From the NCBI GenBank assembly GCA_963827275.1, contig CAWHAA010000005.1, positions 544,001 to 608,000 of the forward strand: a stretch of 64,000 nt of DNA, in the 5' to 3' direction. The notes under the pieces are model-generated. The model did no database searches, had not been told where the DNA came from, and saw nothing but the letters and a program-made list of their open reading frames with translations. Of the stretch, positions 42,176 through 52,708 are shown in pieces (position 1 is the stretch's first letter; each line of letters starts with the position of its first letter). The translations under genes and the position numbers were made by a program. The stretch comes from an uncultured Spirochaetota bacterium. GTDB taxonomy: Bacteria; Spirochaetota; UBA4802; UBA5550.

Positions 42176-44002
42176 ATGATACAATTCACGAAAGAACAGA
42201 TAGACCAGCTTGATAAGTATTTTTACCCCCCCAGAAACCTGGTGGACCTTTTTGAAGGCACTGTCGCGAAATGGGGTGACCGGCCCTCGCTCGGCCAGAA
42301 AGACCCGAAAACCAAGCAGTTCGTATTCCTCACCTACCGTCAACTCGCGGAGCGTATCAATCAGATGCGCGGCGCTCTGAAGAAACTCGGCCTTCAGAAG
42401 GGCGAAACCGTGGGCGTCATACTGAGCAATTCAATAGAATGGTTCGTCCTGGAAAACGCGACGCACGGCCTCGGCGGCCGCTTCATCCCCATGTATGAGA
42501 AAGAGCTCCTCAAGAAATGGAGCTACATGATCAAGGACAGCGAGGTCAAGTTCCTGTTCGTAAGAAACCAGGAGATCCTTGACAAGGTAAAAGGCTTCGC
42601 CGCGGACTGCCCGAAGCTTAAAGAGATATTCCTCGTCTACGGCGAGGGGGAGAGGTCCATGCCGGCGCTTGAGAAGATGGGCGCCGCCAACCCGGTCCCC
42701 TCGTACAAGCCGCACTGGAGCGAGGTAGCGGTGATCATCTACACCTCCGGCACGACCGGCGACCCCAAGGGCGTGGTGCTCACCCACGGAAACCTGACCC
42801 ACTGCTCGCAGGCAGGGTACAAAGTATATCCCGATCTGAATGAGACCTCCGTGGGACTCTCCATACTCCCCTGGGCCCACTCGTATGCCATCAGCGGCGA
42901 GCTGCACAACTTCCTCCAGTTCGGCGGCTCGATCGGCATCATGGAATCCCTGGAAACGCTTTCACAAGACATACAAACGGTGCGTCCAACGCACCTGATC
43001 GCCGTGCCCCGGGTATGGAACAAGATCTACAACGGGATACAGATGGCCATGGAGGAGGCGGGAGGCATCAAGAAGAAGCTCTTCGACGCCGCCTGCGCGG
43101 AGGCAAAGAAGTGCCGCGGGAAGAAGAAGAGCCTGAAGCTCGCAATCCTCGACAAACTGGTGTTTGACAAGGTCCGCGCCCGTTTCGGCGGCCGGATCAT
43201 CGGATCGCTTACCGCCAGCGCGGTCATGAACCTCGACATCGCGCTCTTCTTCGATGACATCGGCGTAAAGATATACGACTGTTACGGCCTGTCCGAGACG
43301 TCGCCGGCCATTACCATGAACGCACCCGCGTGGGGGAACAGGATCGGCAGCGTGGGCAAGCCCCTCATGGACTGGCACATAACAATTGACAGGTCCCGCG
43401 TCAACGCCGATTCGCCCGACGGAGAAATACTCGTCTACGGGCCGCAGGTCATGATGGGCTATCTCAACAAGCCGGAAATGACCGCCGCCATCATGCTTCC
43501 CGACACGTGGAACGGATTTCCGGGGATCAGGACCGGCGACCTGGGCCACTTCGACGAGGAAGGGTTCCTCTATGTGACCGGACGCTTCAAGGACGAGTAC
43601 AAGCTTTCGAACGGCAAGTACGTCCACCCGGAATCCATCGAAATTGACATGAAGCTGGTGCCGCACGTGGCCAACGCCTTCGTGTACGGCAGCGGCAAGG
43701 AATACAACGTAGGGATCATCATCCCCGATTTCGAAACGATCAGGAAGGACAGCCGGACCGCCAAATGGGCGGACATGCCGGCTGCCGAACTCATCAAGGA
43801 CCAGGAATTCAAGGATTTTCTGACCAGGGAAATCAATGACCACCTCAAAAAATCATTTGCCGGCTACGAGATCCCGAGAAAGTACATTATAACCGACCAG
43901 GACTTCACCCTTGAGAACGGCATGCTGACCCAGACCCTCAAGGTCGTCCGGGGCGAAGTGGAAAAAAATTACGGGGAGGTCCTGAACCGGCTCTACGACT
44001 GA
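42176..44002 (+). CDS. Long-chain-fatty-acid--CoA ligase
   Basis: YTSGTTGDPKG, YGLSET, RTGDLG, GRFKD...NGKYV.PE. Confidence 0.92.
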   Translation: MIQFTKEQIDQLDKYFYPPRNLVDLFEGTVAKWGDRPSLGQKDPKTKQFVFLTYRQLAERINQMRGALKKLGLQKGETVGVILSNSIEWFVLENATHGLGGRFIPMYEKELLKKWSYMIKDSEVKFLFVRNQEILDKVKGFAADCPKLKEIFLVYGEGERSMPALEKMGAANPVPSYKPHWSEVAVIIYTSGTTGDPKGVVLTHGNLTHCSQAGYKVYPDLNETSVGLSILPWAHSYAISGELHNFLQFGGSIGIMESLETLSQDIQTVRPTHLIAVPRVWNKIYNGIQMAMEEAGGIKKKLFDAACAEAKKCRGKKKSLKLAILDKLVFDKVRARFGGRIIGSLTASAVMNLDIALFFDDIGVKIYDCYGLSETSPAITMNAPAWGNRIGSVGKPLMDWHITIDRSRVNADSPDGEILVYGPQVMMGYLNKPEMTAAIMLPDTWNGFPGIRTGDLGHFDEEGFLYVTGRFKDEYKLSNGKYVHPESIEIDMKLVPHVANAFVYGSGKEYNVGIIIPDFETIRKDSRTAKWADMPAAELIKDQEFKDFLTREINDHLKKSFAGYEIPRKYIITDQDFTLENGMLTQTLKVVRGEVEKNYGEVLNRLYD

Positions 44003-44095
44003 TACAGCAGCTCCCCCGCGCACGGCATGCCGCGCCCTGCCCCCTGAAAGGTGACCTCTTTAATCTCAGCAGGCGCCGGCATGCCCTCTTGACGC

Positions 44096-44755
44096 TCAGT
44101 TGGATTTCGACCACTCGATCGCGTATTTCACGACGTCGGACACGCTTCTTAAATTAAACTTTTCCTTGATGTGGAACCGGTGGGTATCGATGGTTTTAAC
44201 GCTTACCTGCAATTTTTTCGCTATATCGGAGCCTTTATAGCCTTCGCCCATGAGCATGAATATCTCAAGCTCCCTGTCGCTCAGAATATCGAGCGGCCCC
44301 GTCTTGCCGGGCCGGTTATGCAATACATTCATCAATATCTTTGACTTCATGTTTTCGCTCAGGTAAATGCCGCCCGTCATGATTTGCCGGATTGCGGACA
44401 CGAGCGTTTTGGTCGCTTCTGACTTCATTACATAGCCCACCGCACCGGCCCTGATTGCCCGTTCGGAATAGATTTCCTCGTCGCTCTGGGACAGCACCAG
44501 GCACTTGATACCGGGATACCTGGCGTGTATCGCCCTTGTGAGCTCTATTCCGTTTATGCTTTTCCGCAATCCGATGTCGACAATGGCGACATCCGGCTCC
44601 AATTTCTCAAAGCTCGATATGGCTTCACTGGCATCCTCCGCCACACCGCAGACGGACATGTCCTCTTCGCGGTTCAGCAGGGACTCCAGGCCGTCGAGCA
44701 CAATCCTGTGATCGTCGACGATGAATATCTTAATCATTTTCTGCAAGCCAGACAT
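44096..44755 (-). CDS. NarL/LuxR-family response regulator
   Basis: VDDH receiver domain; LSDRE...IA..L.VS.KT..THR HTH. Confidence 0.93.
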   Translation of the reverse strand: MSGLQKMIKIFIVDDHRIVLDGLESLLNREEDMSVCGVAEDASEAISSFEKLEPDVAIVDIGLRKSINGIELTRAIHARYPGIKCLVLSQSDEEIYSERAIRAGAVGYVMKSEATKTLVSAIRQIMTGGIYLSENMKSKILMNVLHNRPGKTGPLDILSDRELEIFMLMGEGYKGSDIAKKLQVSVKTIDTHRFHIKEKFNLRSVSDVVKYAIEWSKSN

Positions 44756-44795
44756 CCCGTGCCCCCGTCTTTTCAGTATAGTAACGCCCAGCGGC

Positions 44796-47027
44796 TCATG
44801 CAGGTATAACGCACAACACCTCAGTCCCGCCCTCGGACCCTCTCTGCACGCTGATCGATGACCCGATCATCCGCGCGCGGTATTTCATGATCTTCAGCCC
44901 TATGCCCCTGCCGCGGTCCGCCCCGTCCGGGATCCCCACCCCGTCATCCTTGATCAGCAGGTGGATATCATTTCCCGAACGGTGCACCCTGATACGCACG
45001 ATGTTGGCGCCCGAGTGCTTTACGGAATTAATCACGGCCTCCTGCATAATATAGAAAATCTGCGATGAATACTTCCTGTTAACCATGTCAATATCGCAGT
45101 CCACATCAATGCCGAGCGTAACGTTATATCTTCGCTCCATAAGGCTCTTCAATTCATTTAAAAGCGACGCGAATCCGCCGTCTATAAAATCTATCCGCGT
45201 AAGGCTCTTCGCGATATTTCGTATGTACGCGATCGCCTCATTGATCAGTCCCTCTATCTCAAGGGCGGCTTCTTTCTGCCCGCCATTGAGATCGCCCGCC
45301 AGGACGCTGCTCTTCAGCGCTATACCGAACAGCTTTTGCGCCAGGTTGTCATGCAGCTCTATGCCGATCTGGTTTCTTTCATTTTCGGCTATCTTGACCA
45401 GTTCCTGCTCGAACATGATCCGCTCGGTAATATCGATCGAATAGTACACCATGCCGACGCTCCTGCCCGAACCTGCTCCATAGGGATAGAGCGATGTAAT
45501 CATATATCTTCGGCCAATGAGCGGGAATTCCTGCCACTTTTCGAACACCACCCATTCGCCGGAAAGACACGCATCAAGATGCTCCTTTAATGACGCTTCG
45601 TATTCCTCATCGCCGATAATTTCTTTCACCGTCCGGCCGATAACACGTTCCCGTTTTTTGTCGTATGACAGCAGGAGGGCGTTATTGGCCTCTACGAACC
45701 TTCCTCCCGCGTCGATAAACGCCATGTGGTCCCGCGACTCCGATACTATGTACTTGTAAATATTCAGCTTGTCTATGGCGCGGTCTTTTTCATGATTGAT
45801 TTCCACGAGGCTGCTGTTCAGGTTTTCCAGGTCGTTGTGCACCTGCGCGAACCGCGAGGCGAGCACGCTTGCGAAGATGAAGGTCATTATGCAGAATCCC
45901 AGGATTAAAAACGGCACCGTCGTAAACAGGCTCAAAAAGATCGGTATGCTCAGCAGAAACGAGGTCGTGTATACCGACACGCCGAGGAGTATCCTTGTGG
46001 AATAAGGCTGCTTTTCTTTCACGGCCCGGATGCACAGGTACATGCAGAACAACACGACAATAACGACGATCGCCATAAAAAGGTTGTAGAGATATTTTTG
46101 ATAATAATAGATGTTTCCCCGCACCGCCATCTCCAGGACGATGGCCGGTATCAGCGCGAGGTGCATGACGGTCAAAGCATATGAGACGCTCCGTTCCTTT
46201 TGGGATATATTGAAAAAATGCGCGATAAAATTGATATATGACAGCGACGCCACTATCGAACCGACATAGGTCGAGATGACATACGACGTCTGGTTGTCGT
46301 GCAGGAAAAAGATTATACCGTCATACCCGACAATCCATAATCCAAGGGAAAGGGCAAGAAGGGAAAAATAGAAATAATATTTTTCATTCTTCCTGTTCAG
46401 GAAGATAATAAGGAAATATATAAACAGGAATATGTCTATTGACGCGAGGACGCTGTTCCTGATGATAAACAGGTTCCATTTAAGCTGTATCGACTCGAAA
46501 TGACCGAATAAAATCGGGTAGCAATACTCGCCGAAATTATTCAGCCACCCTGTTCTGAGCACCAGGCTGTTCTTCCCTTCCATGATCGATGCTTTCGGGA
46601 CCGGGACAAGCGCCGGCTTCCCCAGGATCTCCGGGGTGGCGCCGTTTTTATCAAACGGCCTGGTCTGGTATATCAATTCTCCATTAAAATAGACCTGCGT
46701 GCCCCTGCTCTGCCGCGGCAAAAGTATTGCGAAGTCGTTCGTAGCCCGCGGCATATAGATCGTCAGGCCATACCATGCGTTGCCCCGATACTCCTTATGA
46801 TCCGGATGATCCGGCCAGTTATCGTTGGGGGAGAACAATTTTCCGGCTTTTTCAATATTTCGTATATTTCTATTCTCAAGATTATCGCTGGTGCTGAAAC
46901 ACCATAGCCTGGGCAATTCATACGCGTCATGCTCGGATTGGATTTTAAAGCTGCAATCAGTCGCGAAAGCAGTGTTGAAGCAGAAAATACACGATATGAA
47001 AATAATGACGCTATAAGGTAAAATCAT
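44796..47027 (-). CDS. Sensor histidine kinase (extracellular domain, 7TM-DISM-like, PAS, HisKA_3)
   Basis: ELHDNLAQ H-box, QEAVINSVKH, DDGVG, GIGL..M.YRA. Confidence 0.9.
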   Translation of the reverse strand: MILPYSVIIFISCIFCFNTAFATDCSFKIQSEHDAYELPRLWCFSTSDNLENRNIRNIEKAGKLFSPNDNWPDHPDHKEYRGNAWYGLTIYMPRATNDFAILLPRQSRGTQVYFNGELIYQTRPFDKNGATPEILGKPALVPVPKASIMEGKNSLVLRTGWLNNFGEYCYPILFGHFESIQLKWNLFIIRNSVLASIDIFLFIYFLIIFLNRKNEKYYFYFSLLALSLGLWIVGYDGIIFFLHDNQTSYVISTYVGSIVASLSYINFIAHFFNISQKERSVSYALTVMHLALIPAIVLEMAVRGNIYYYQKYLYNLFMAIVVIVVLFCMYLCIRAVKEKQPYSTRILLGVSVYTTSFLLSIPIFLSLFTTVPFLILGFCIMTFIFASVLASRFAQVHNDLENLNSSLVEINHEKDRAIDKLNIYKYIVSESRDHMAFIDAGGRFVEANNALLLSYDKKRERVIGRTVKEIIGDEEYEASLKEHLDACLSGEWVVFEKWQEFPLIGRRYMITSLYPYGAGSGRSVGMVYYSIDITERIMFEQELVKIAENERNQIGIELHDNLAQKLFGIALKSSVLAGDLNGGQKEAALEIEGLINEAIAYIRNIAKSLTRIDFIDGGFASLLNELKSLMERRYNVTLGIDVDCDIDMVNRKYSSQIFYIMQEAVINSVKHSGANIVRIRVHRSGNDIHLLIKDDGVGIPDGADRGRGIGLKIMKYRARMIGSSISVQRGSEGGTEVLCVIPA

Positions 47028-47186
47028 ATAATTGGCTAACGGGAATGGTTTTACTCATCATTATTGTATCTCGACATATCGGAGATGCCGCATAACAAAA
47101 TTATTACATCTCCCATAAACAATCCTCAACCATGCCCATGCGGGGGAATGAAGCAAAATATGAAGCGGTGTTACTGAAATTAAAAA

Positions 47187-47231
47187 ATATGGTTATATAA
47201 TAATCACACGTGGATTATTATATAACCATAT
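47187..47231 (-). terminator. 19-bp perfect inverted repeat with a U-tract, after the small peptide gene
   Basis: ATATGGTTATATAATAATC-ACACGTG-GATTATTATATAACCATAT; a T-run follows on the minus strand. Confidence 0.75.
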
Positions 47232-47248
47232 ACAGGTTATCATGAATA

Positions 47249-47458
47249 TTAATATCCGGCCATCAGCGTACTCGCGGAAAAGCCCGATTTAGTATTTTTC
47301 ATGATACTGCCGCACTCCGTGCTGCTCACTGAATATCCTTTACCGTGGAACCAGCTTGACAGTTCCGCCTCTGAAAATTGCTGCAGGCCCTGCTTGAACT
47401 CGTGCGCCAGCGCCTTGTTTTGTGACATGGATTCAATGAAATCAATATACGTAGACAT
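47249..47458 (-). CDS. Small protein (69 aa) resembling a Nif11-type leader / RiPP precursor
   Basis: AGGAGG RBS; MS...FIESMSQNKALAHEF.....ELSSWFHGKGYSVS pattern. Confidence 0.65.
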   Translation of the reverse strand: MSTYIDFIESMSQNKALAHEFKQGLQQFSEAELSSWFHGKGYSVSSTECGSIMKNTKSGFSASTLMAGY

Positions 47459-47649
47459 ACAGGTCCTCCTGAATTAATGAATATATCTACATTATACACT
47501 ATAAAAGCAGGCGTGATAATAGGAGAATTCACCTATAGTGATCTAATACTTTTTGGAAGCAATACATCGGTGATTCCACTGCTGGTCACAGGGGAGCTAT
47601 CAGACGAAAGCCGAGGAGTATCTTTTTTTCTGCCCGGGCTGCTGTTGTA

Positions 47650-48705
47650 TCAATACCTGAGCGAAAACATGCCGCACTGGGTTCCCGATGCGGGAATAAC
47701 GCATATGGCCAGGTTCCCTTTCTTGAAATATCCCTTTTCCCTCGCCCGGCACATGGAAAGCGGCAGGCTGACCGATGCTACATTTCCGTATTCCGGATAA
47801 AAATTTGCTTCGGGATACTTGACGGTTATGGATGAATCCTCCAGTATTGACAGCATCAGGGTATGGGCCAGCTTTCCCACGTCATGGAAGAAAAGGTTAT
47901 CGTAGGCAGTAGCATGGGAATTCGCCTGCTTGAAATGATTTTTCACGCACTCCTTTGTCAGGCCGTACACCTCTTTAAAAAGACCCGGGGTATGCGTGAA
48001 AAGCTTATAGCGCTCACCCAGCGAATAATTGAGCCCGATGGTGCAGAGGTGATACCGGCCATCTGACAGCTGGTACGTAAATTTCATATGGCTCGCGTCC
48101 TCCAGGTACATCGCCTCATCGGTCGCCTCAAGCACTATCGCCCCCGCCCCGTCGCCGATGGTCAGCGAACCGAACTTCCACGCAAGCTCGTCCTTTGTTT
48201 TGCAGACCATGTCGGCCCAGTCGAAGGTCCGTTCTCCCGCAACGATCAACACGCGCCGGTAGCGCCCCGAGCCGATCAGGGCATGCGCGATCTCTATCGA
48301 TTTAATGAAGCTGGTGCAGGCGTCCTGGGTATCGATCACGTTCGCGTTCAGCGCCTGCAATTTATGGCGAATCACATGCGCCGTGGCGGGTTCGACGAAG
48401 GCCTTCGACATGCCGGTAAAAATAATCAGGTCGATATCCCCGGCCCGGATCCCCGCATCATCAAGCGCCGCCAGTGCCGCCCTGTACGCGATATCGGGGC
48501 AATACTCATCCTGTTCGCACCAGTACCTGGTGACATTCCCCGCCTTGGCCAGCTTCTCATTGGCGCTCTCCAGGATTTCATCAAGGTCGCTGCTGTTCAG
48601 ATACGGCTCGCTCTTCCGTTTCAGCATCTGCAGGACATCGTCATTAGAAATTTTTCGCTTGGGGATATAGACCCCGAATCCGGTAACTTTTGAACTGACT
48701 GACAT
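47650..48705 (-). CDS. KAS III / FabH-like condensing enzyme
   Basis: GFGVYIP...SND; catalytic DACTSF; GDGAGA; FFHD; YGNVAS (Cys-His-Asn triad). Confidence 0.88.
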   Translation of the reverse strand: MSVSSKVTGFGVYIPKRKISNDDVLQMLKRKSEPYLNSSDLDEILESANEKLAKAGNVTRYWCEQDEYCPDIAYRAALAALDDAGIRAGDIDLIIFTGMSKAFVEPATAHVIRHKLQALNANVIDTQDACTSFIKSIEIAHALIGSGRYRRVLIVAGERTFDWADMVCKTKDELAWKFGSLTIGDGAGAIVLEATDEAMYLEDASHMKFTYQLSDGRYHLCTIGLNYSLGERYKLFTHTPGLFKEVYGLTKECVKNHFKQANSHATAYDNLFFHDVGKLAHTLMLSILEDSSITVKYPEANFYPEYGNVASVSLPLSMCRAREKGYFKKGNLAICVIPASGTQCGMFSLRY

Positions 48706-48825
48706 GATACGTTACATCCTCTGTTATATTATTTTTACTGAGACATTACGATTCATTTTCCCGGCCTCTTCCATCACGCCATCACCGTTGAGAGCGTCAG
48801 GGGGCCGTGTTTTCTTGCGCGCATA

Positions 48826-51063
48826 TCAATTCATGTCGATATTAAAGTAATCAATCGCCTCTTTCAGTTTTTCCGCAAGGCTTGAAAGGTTGTTCGCGCT
48901 TGCCGACAGCTCTTCGGTCTCTGAAGCATTCGACTGTGACAGCACATTTATCGTCGTTATCGCCTTGACGATCTCCTCATTCGCGTTCTTTTGCTCCGCT
49001 GAGGCGGTCTTGATCTCCTCGGAGCGTTCCCTTATCTCATGTGCGGCGGAATTCACTTCCGTGTTGGTTTCATTCTGGTTGCTCATGAATTCAGCGATAG
49101 TATGCATCATTTTATCAATTGAATTAACGCCGCTGATGATTTCGCTTATGAGATTGATCGTGGTGGTGACATTGGCCATACCCACTTCCACGTCAGACTT
49201 GTTGTTTTTAATCAATCTATCTATATCCCCGATGCTTTTCGAGGTCATATCCGCCAGCTTCGATATTTCATCGGCGACAACGGCGAACCCCTTCCCGGCG
49301 TTACCCGCACGCGCCGCTTCTATGGCCGCATTCAGGGAGAGGAGGTTTATCTGGTCCGATATGCCGTTGATGATGCCCACCACATTGGTCATGAGATTCG
49401 AGCTGGCGATAATATTATTCATGGTGGCCCGCATGTTCAGGAGCGCCTTCTCTCCCCCCTCCGCGCGCCGGGTAATCTTCGATGTTTGATCCAGCGTCTC
49501 TTTCGCCGTTATATTCATATCATCGATTATACCCGAAAGCCGTTCCATTTTATGAATCAATTCATTCAGGTTCATGTGCTGGTATTGCGCGGCGTTTAAT
49601 ATGCTTTCAATGCCGGCGGCAACCTCTTCCACGGTCGCCGTGATCTCCTCTGAATTCGACGCCTGGTTCTGCGCGTTGCTGGAAAATACTGATGTTGAAT
49701 TCGACATCTCTTCCGAGGAGCTCGCAAGGTCCATGGAGGTGAGCTTGATGCTCCGTATGATGTCGCGCAGGATGATGAGCAGCTTGTCTATATTGTAAAC
49801 GATCTCACCGATTTCGTCATAGGTCGATAACACCAGGTTCCGGGAGATCTCCCCGCCGGCCAGTTTCGCGACCGCTTTCTTTACCTCTGACAGGGGGGCG
49901 ATCCTCTGCGCGATAATGAAGTAGGTCACGGCCCCCATCATGGCAATCCCGGCGAAAAGAAAGACGACCATGAAAATCGTGGTGGTGAAAATCTGCTCTT
50001 CAATTTCAGACTCATAGATGCTTGAAAAAACATACAGCTTGTTTTTCACCGATTTATGGACCGCCAGATACCTCCAGTTTTTCCCGTCATCAAATCGAAC
50101 GTGGTACTCGCTCCCGCTTTCGAGGATGTCCTTCCCGTATCTTTCAAAGAATGACGCGTCAAGGTGAAGCTTCACGCCATTCTGGCTGAGGACAGAGAGC
50201 GTCCCGTCAGCGACGGTAATGGTGCCGGTCCCGCCGACCTCGATATTCTTCAGCACCCGCGCATGGAAGAGGTCCGATTGTATCAGCGAACGCAAATCAA
50301 CGTCCTTCCGCTTGATCTCCTTCAATGATTCGCCGAGAAAATCATCCATCTCCTTAATTGCGATCCTGGTGATGAGATCCATTTTATGCAGGTACGACTC
50401 TTTCAATTGATAGTACGACAGGTTATACACGACCGCGACCATGATAATTCCGAGAAACACCATGATGCTGATAACCGAAACAGACAGGTATCTTCCCATC
50501 CTGCTTTTCGCGTCAAAGGTCCCGCTTGTTATCCTCGAAAAAACACCGTATTTCGCGATACGATTCAGCAGATACTCGGGGACAAGATAAAAAATAATAC
50601 CCGAGGCGATTGTATTGACAAACAAAAGGACAAACATGTTGAATCTATCCGTAAAGGACGGGTGGTATATAACGTTAAGCACCACAATGACAAGGCCCAC
50701 CGTTACAAGCCATCGCACGATCGTATCAATCGCATGCAGCTTCGGCAGCTTTTTATACTGGTCATATGCCGCGGCATATTCTTCATCGCTTATCTTTTCA
50801 TTATTAGCCAGTTTTTTGAAATAGTTCAGGATCGGCCTGGCCTTTTTCCTGGACGAGACCAGGGAAGTGACAAACGACAGCGCCATGACAACTGCCGCTA
50901 TAATGAAAAAAAGGGGAAGATCGTCCTGCTGGAGATTTATGACCAGGAGAACAACGATAATCGCGGCCGGAGTCAGCGCAAAAAACGCAATACCTTCCGT
51001 GAATAAATAATAATTTCTGAAAAAAGAGCGTAAATACCGGACCAGTTTTTCCCCATCATCCAT
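48826..51063 (-). CDS. Methyl-accepting chemotaxis protein (multi-TM, HAMP)
   Basis: [30 protein letters not shown]. Confidence 0.92.
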   Translation of the reverse strand: MDDGEKLVRYLRSFFRNYYLFTEGIAFFALTPAAIIVVLLVINLQQDDLPLFFIIAAVVMALSFVTSLVSSRKKARPILNYFKKLANNEKISDEEYAAAYDQYKKLPKLHAIDTIVRWLVTVGLVIVVLNVIYHPSFTDRFNMFVLLFVNTIASGIIFYLVPEYLLNRIAKYGVFSRITSGTFDAKSRMGRYLSVSVISIMVFLGIIMVAVVYNLSYYQLKESYLHKMDLITRIAIKEMDDFLGESLKEIKRKDVDLRSLIQSDLFHARVLKNIEVGGTGTITVADGTLSVLSQNGVKLHLDASFFERYGKDILESGSEYHVRFDDGKNWRYLAVHKSVKNKLYVFSSIYESEIEEQIFTTTIFMVVFLFAGIAMMGAVTYFIIAQRIAPLSEVKKAVAKLAGGEISRNLVLSTYDEIGEIVYNIDKLLIILRDIIRSIKLTSMDLASSSEEMSNSTSVFSSNAQNQASNSEEITATVEEVAAGIESILNAAQYQHMNLNELIHKMERLSGIIDDMNITAKETLDQTSKITRRAEGGEKALLNMRATMNNIIASSNLMTNVVGIINGISDQINLLSLNAAIEAARAGNAGKGFAVVADEISKLADMTSKSIGDIDRLIKNNKSDVEVGMANVTTTINLISEIISGVNSIDKMMHTIAEFMSNQNETNTEVNSAAHEIRERSEEIKTASAEQKNANEEIVKAITTINVLSQSNASETEELSASANNLSSLAEKLKEAIDYFNIDMN

Positions 51064-51570
51064 TCATATCACCTCTACGGGAAATAGATCAAGGCGACAG
51101 TCACGGCCTGATCGCCTGCCTTCAGCGTCCTTCCAGCCAGCGGTGTTCATCCTGCCGATGCCGCAGCAGATCATCTCGATCGCCATGCACAATGGTCATA
51201 CCTCGTCGCGGGACTGGCTGCTATGGGGTCATCTGCCGGAAAAATCATTTATCACATCCAGGAGCAAAGCCCGTAAAAGACGCTGCACGCAGTCTTCTTT
51301 AAAGCAGGGACGGCGCATCGCCCCGATTTGAACACCTGCTTTATGTTTTATTAATATCATCAAATAAACAAGGAATGTCAATAGGCACAATTACCTATCG
51401 CCCTATAGGAATTTTACTCATACAGACGGTTTTTTCATTTATTATACTGCACGAGCACGCGACACCGCCTGTCCCTGTGTAAATCCCGATTGACAGGCAA
51501 CACGCCCGCGCATATATCCAGAGTGACGGCAGGTGAGCACCAGCCCCTGCCGCCCATGCGAGGTACCGAC

Positions 51571-52548
51571 ATGGCAAAATTCAAGCCCCAGTTCAGCAGG
51601 CTGCTCTTCATCGATAAAAAACTGAGGGCCGGCGGCTACCCCAACACCACGGCCCTTGCCGGCGAGTACGAGGTGAGCCCGCGTACAATACACCGCGACA
51701 TCGAATACATGCGCGACATGCTGGACGCCCCCATCGCGTACGACGCGGTGAAGCGGGGCTATCACTACACGGAGAAAAATTACGCGCTCCCGGGAATAGA
51801 AATAAGGGAGAGCGACCTGTTCGCGATCTGTATCGCGGAGAAGGCGCTCGAGCAGTACGCCAACACTCCGCTCTACGACAAGCTCTCCTCGGTGTTTGAA
51901 AAGATCCGGTCCTACCTGCCTGACAGCGTTACCGTGCGGCCGGGATGGATTGACAACCGCTTCACCTTCCTGCAAGAAAGCTTCACCGCGATCGACCCGG
52001 GGATATGGGAGACCCTGGCGGAAGGCCTCCGCACCGCCAGGCGGGTGGAGATAGCCCACCAGAAGGCGGGCGAAGAAACGGCCACGCGCCGCTCGGTGAG
52101 CCCCTACCACATGGTCAACTACCGCGGCGAGTGGTACCTCGTGGGGCATTGCAGCGTCAGGGACGCCGTGGTGCGCTTTGCGATGTCGCGCATCAGGAGC
52201 GCCCGCCTGACCGACGAGGCCTTTATCGTTCCCGCGGACTTCGATTTCCGGGAGTACCTGGGGTCCCATTTCGGCATCATGACGGAGGAGATGGATTACG
52301 CGGTAAGAATCAAGTTCTCCCGAAGCCAGGCGCCGTACGTCGAGGAACGCACCTGGCATACCGGCCAGACCCTGACACGGAACACCGACGGCTCGGTCAC
52401 GCTCTCCTTTACGACGAACTCGCTCTTCGAGGTGAAACGATGGGTCCTCTCATGGGGTGCGGACGCCAGGGTGATAGAGCCGGAACCGCTCGCACGGCAG
52501 GTCAGGGAGGAACTGGAGGCCGCGCTGGCACAGTACCATGAATGTTGA
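51571..52548 (+). CDS. HTH-WYL-WCX transcriptional regulator
   Basis: EVSPRTIHRDIE HTH, SPYHM...GEWYLVG, FAMSRI, WVLSWG..A.VIEP. Confidence 0.9.
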   Translation: MAKFKPQFSRLLFIDKKLRAGGYPNTTALAGEYEVSPRTIHRDIEYMRDMLDAPIAYDAVKRGYHYTEKNYALPGIEIRESDLFAICIAEKALEQYANTPLYDKLSSVFEKIRSYLPDSVTVRPGWIDNRFTFLQESFTAIDPGIWETLAEGLRTARRVEIAHQKAGEETATRRSVSPYHMVNYRGEWYLVGHCSVRDAVVRFAMSRIRSARLTDEAFIVPADFDFREYLGSHFGIMTEEMDYAVRIKFSRSQAPYVEERTWHTGQTLTRNTDGSVTLSFTTNSLFEVKRWVLSWGADARVIEPEPLARQVREELEAALAQYHEC

Positions 52549-52708
52549 CGGCGGAATGCCGGCCCCGGAAAATTGATTTGACAGTCCCCGCTGACCGGGC
52601 AATCATACTTCATGACGAACGTCACTGATTTCATCCCCGGAGCGGCCGGCGCCATGGCCTTCCAGCGAGAGTCAGGCCCGTTCAATTCCGGCATGGGAGC
52701 GCCCTGTA

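Noticed and set aside
47249..47458. Acyl carrier protein partner of the KAS III
   Set aside because: No DSL-type phosphopantetheine motif and it lacks the strongly acidic ACP composition.
52635..52705. tRNA-like element or riboswitch upstream of the antiporter (GCCCG-TTCAATT-CCGGC resembles a T-arm)
   Set aside because: The stem is mismatched, and I could not build a cloverleaf or match a c-di-AMP consensus.
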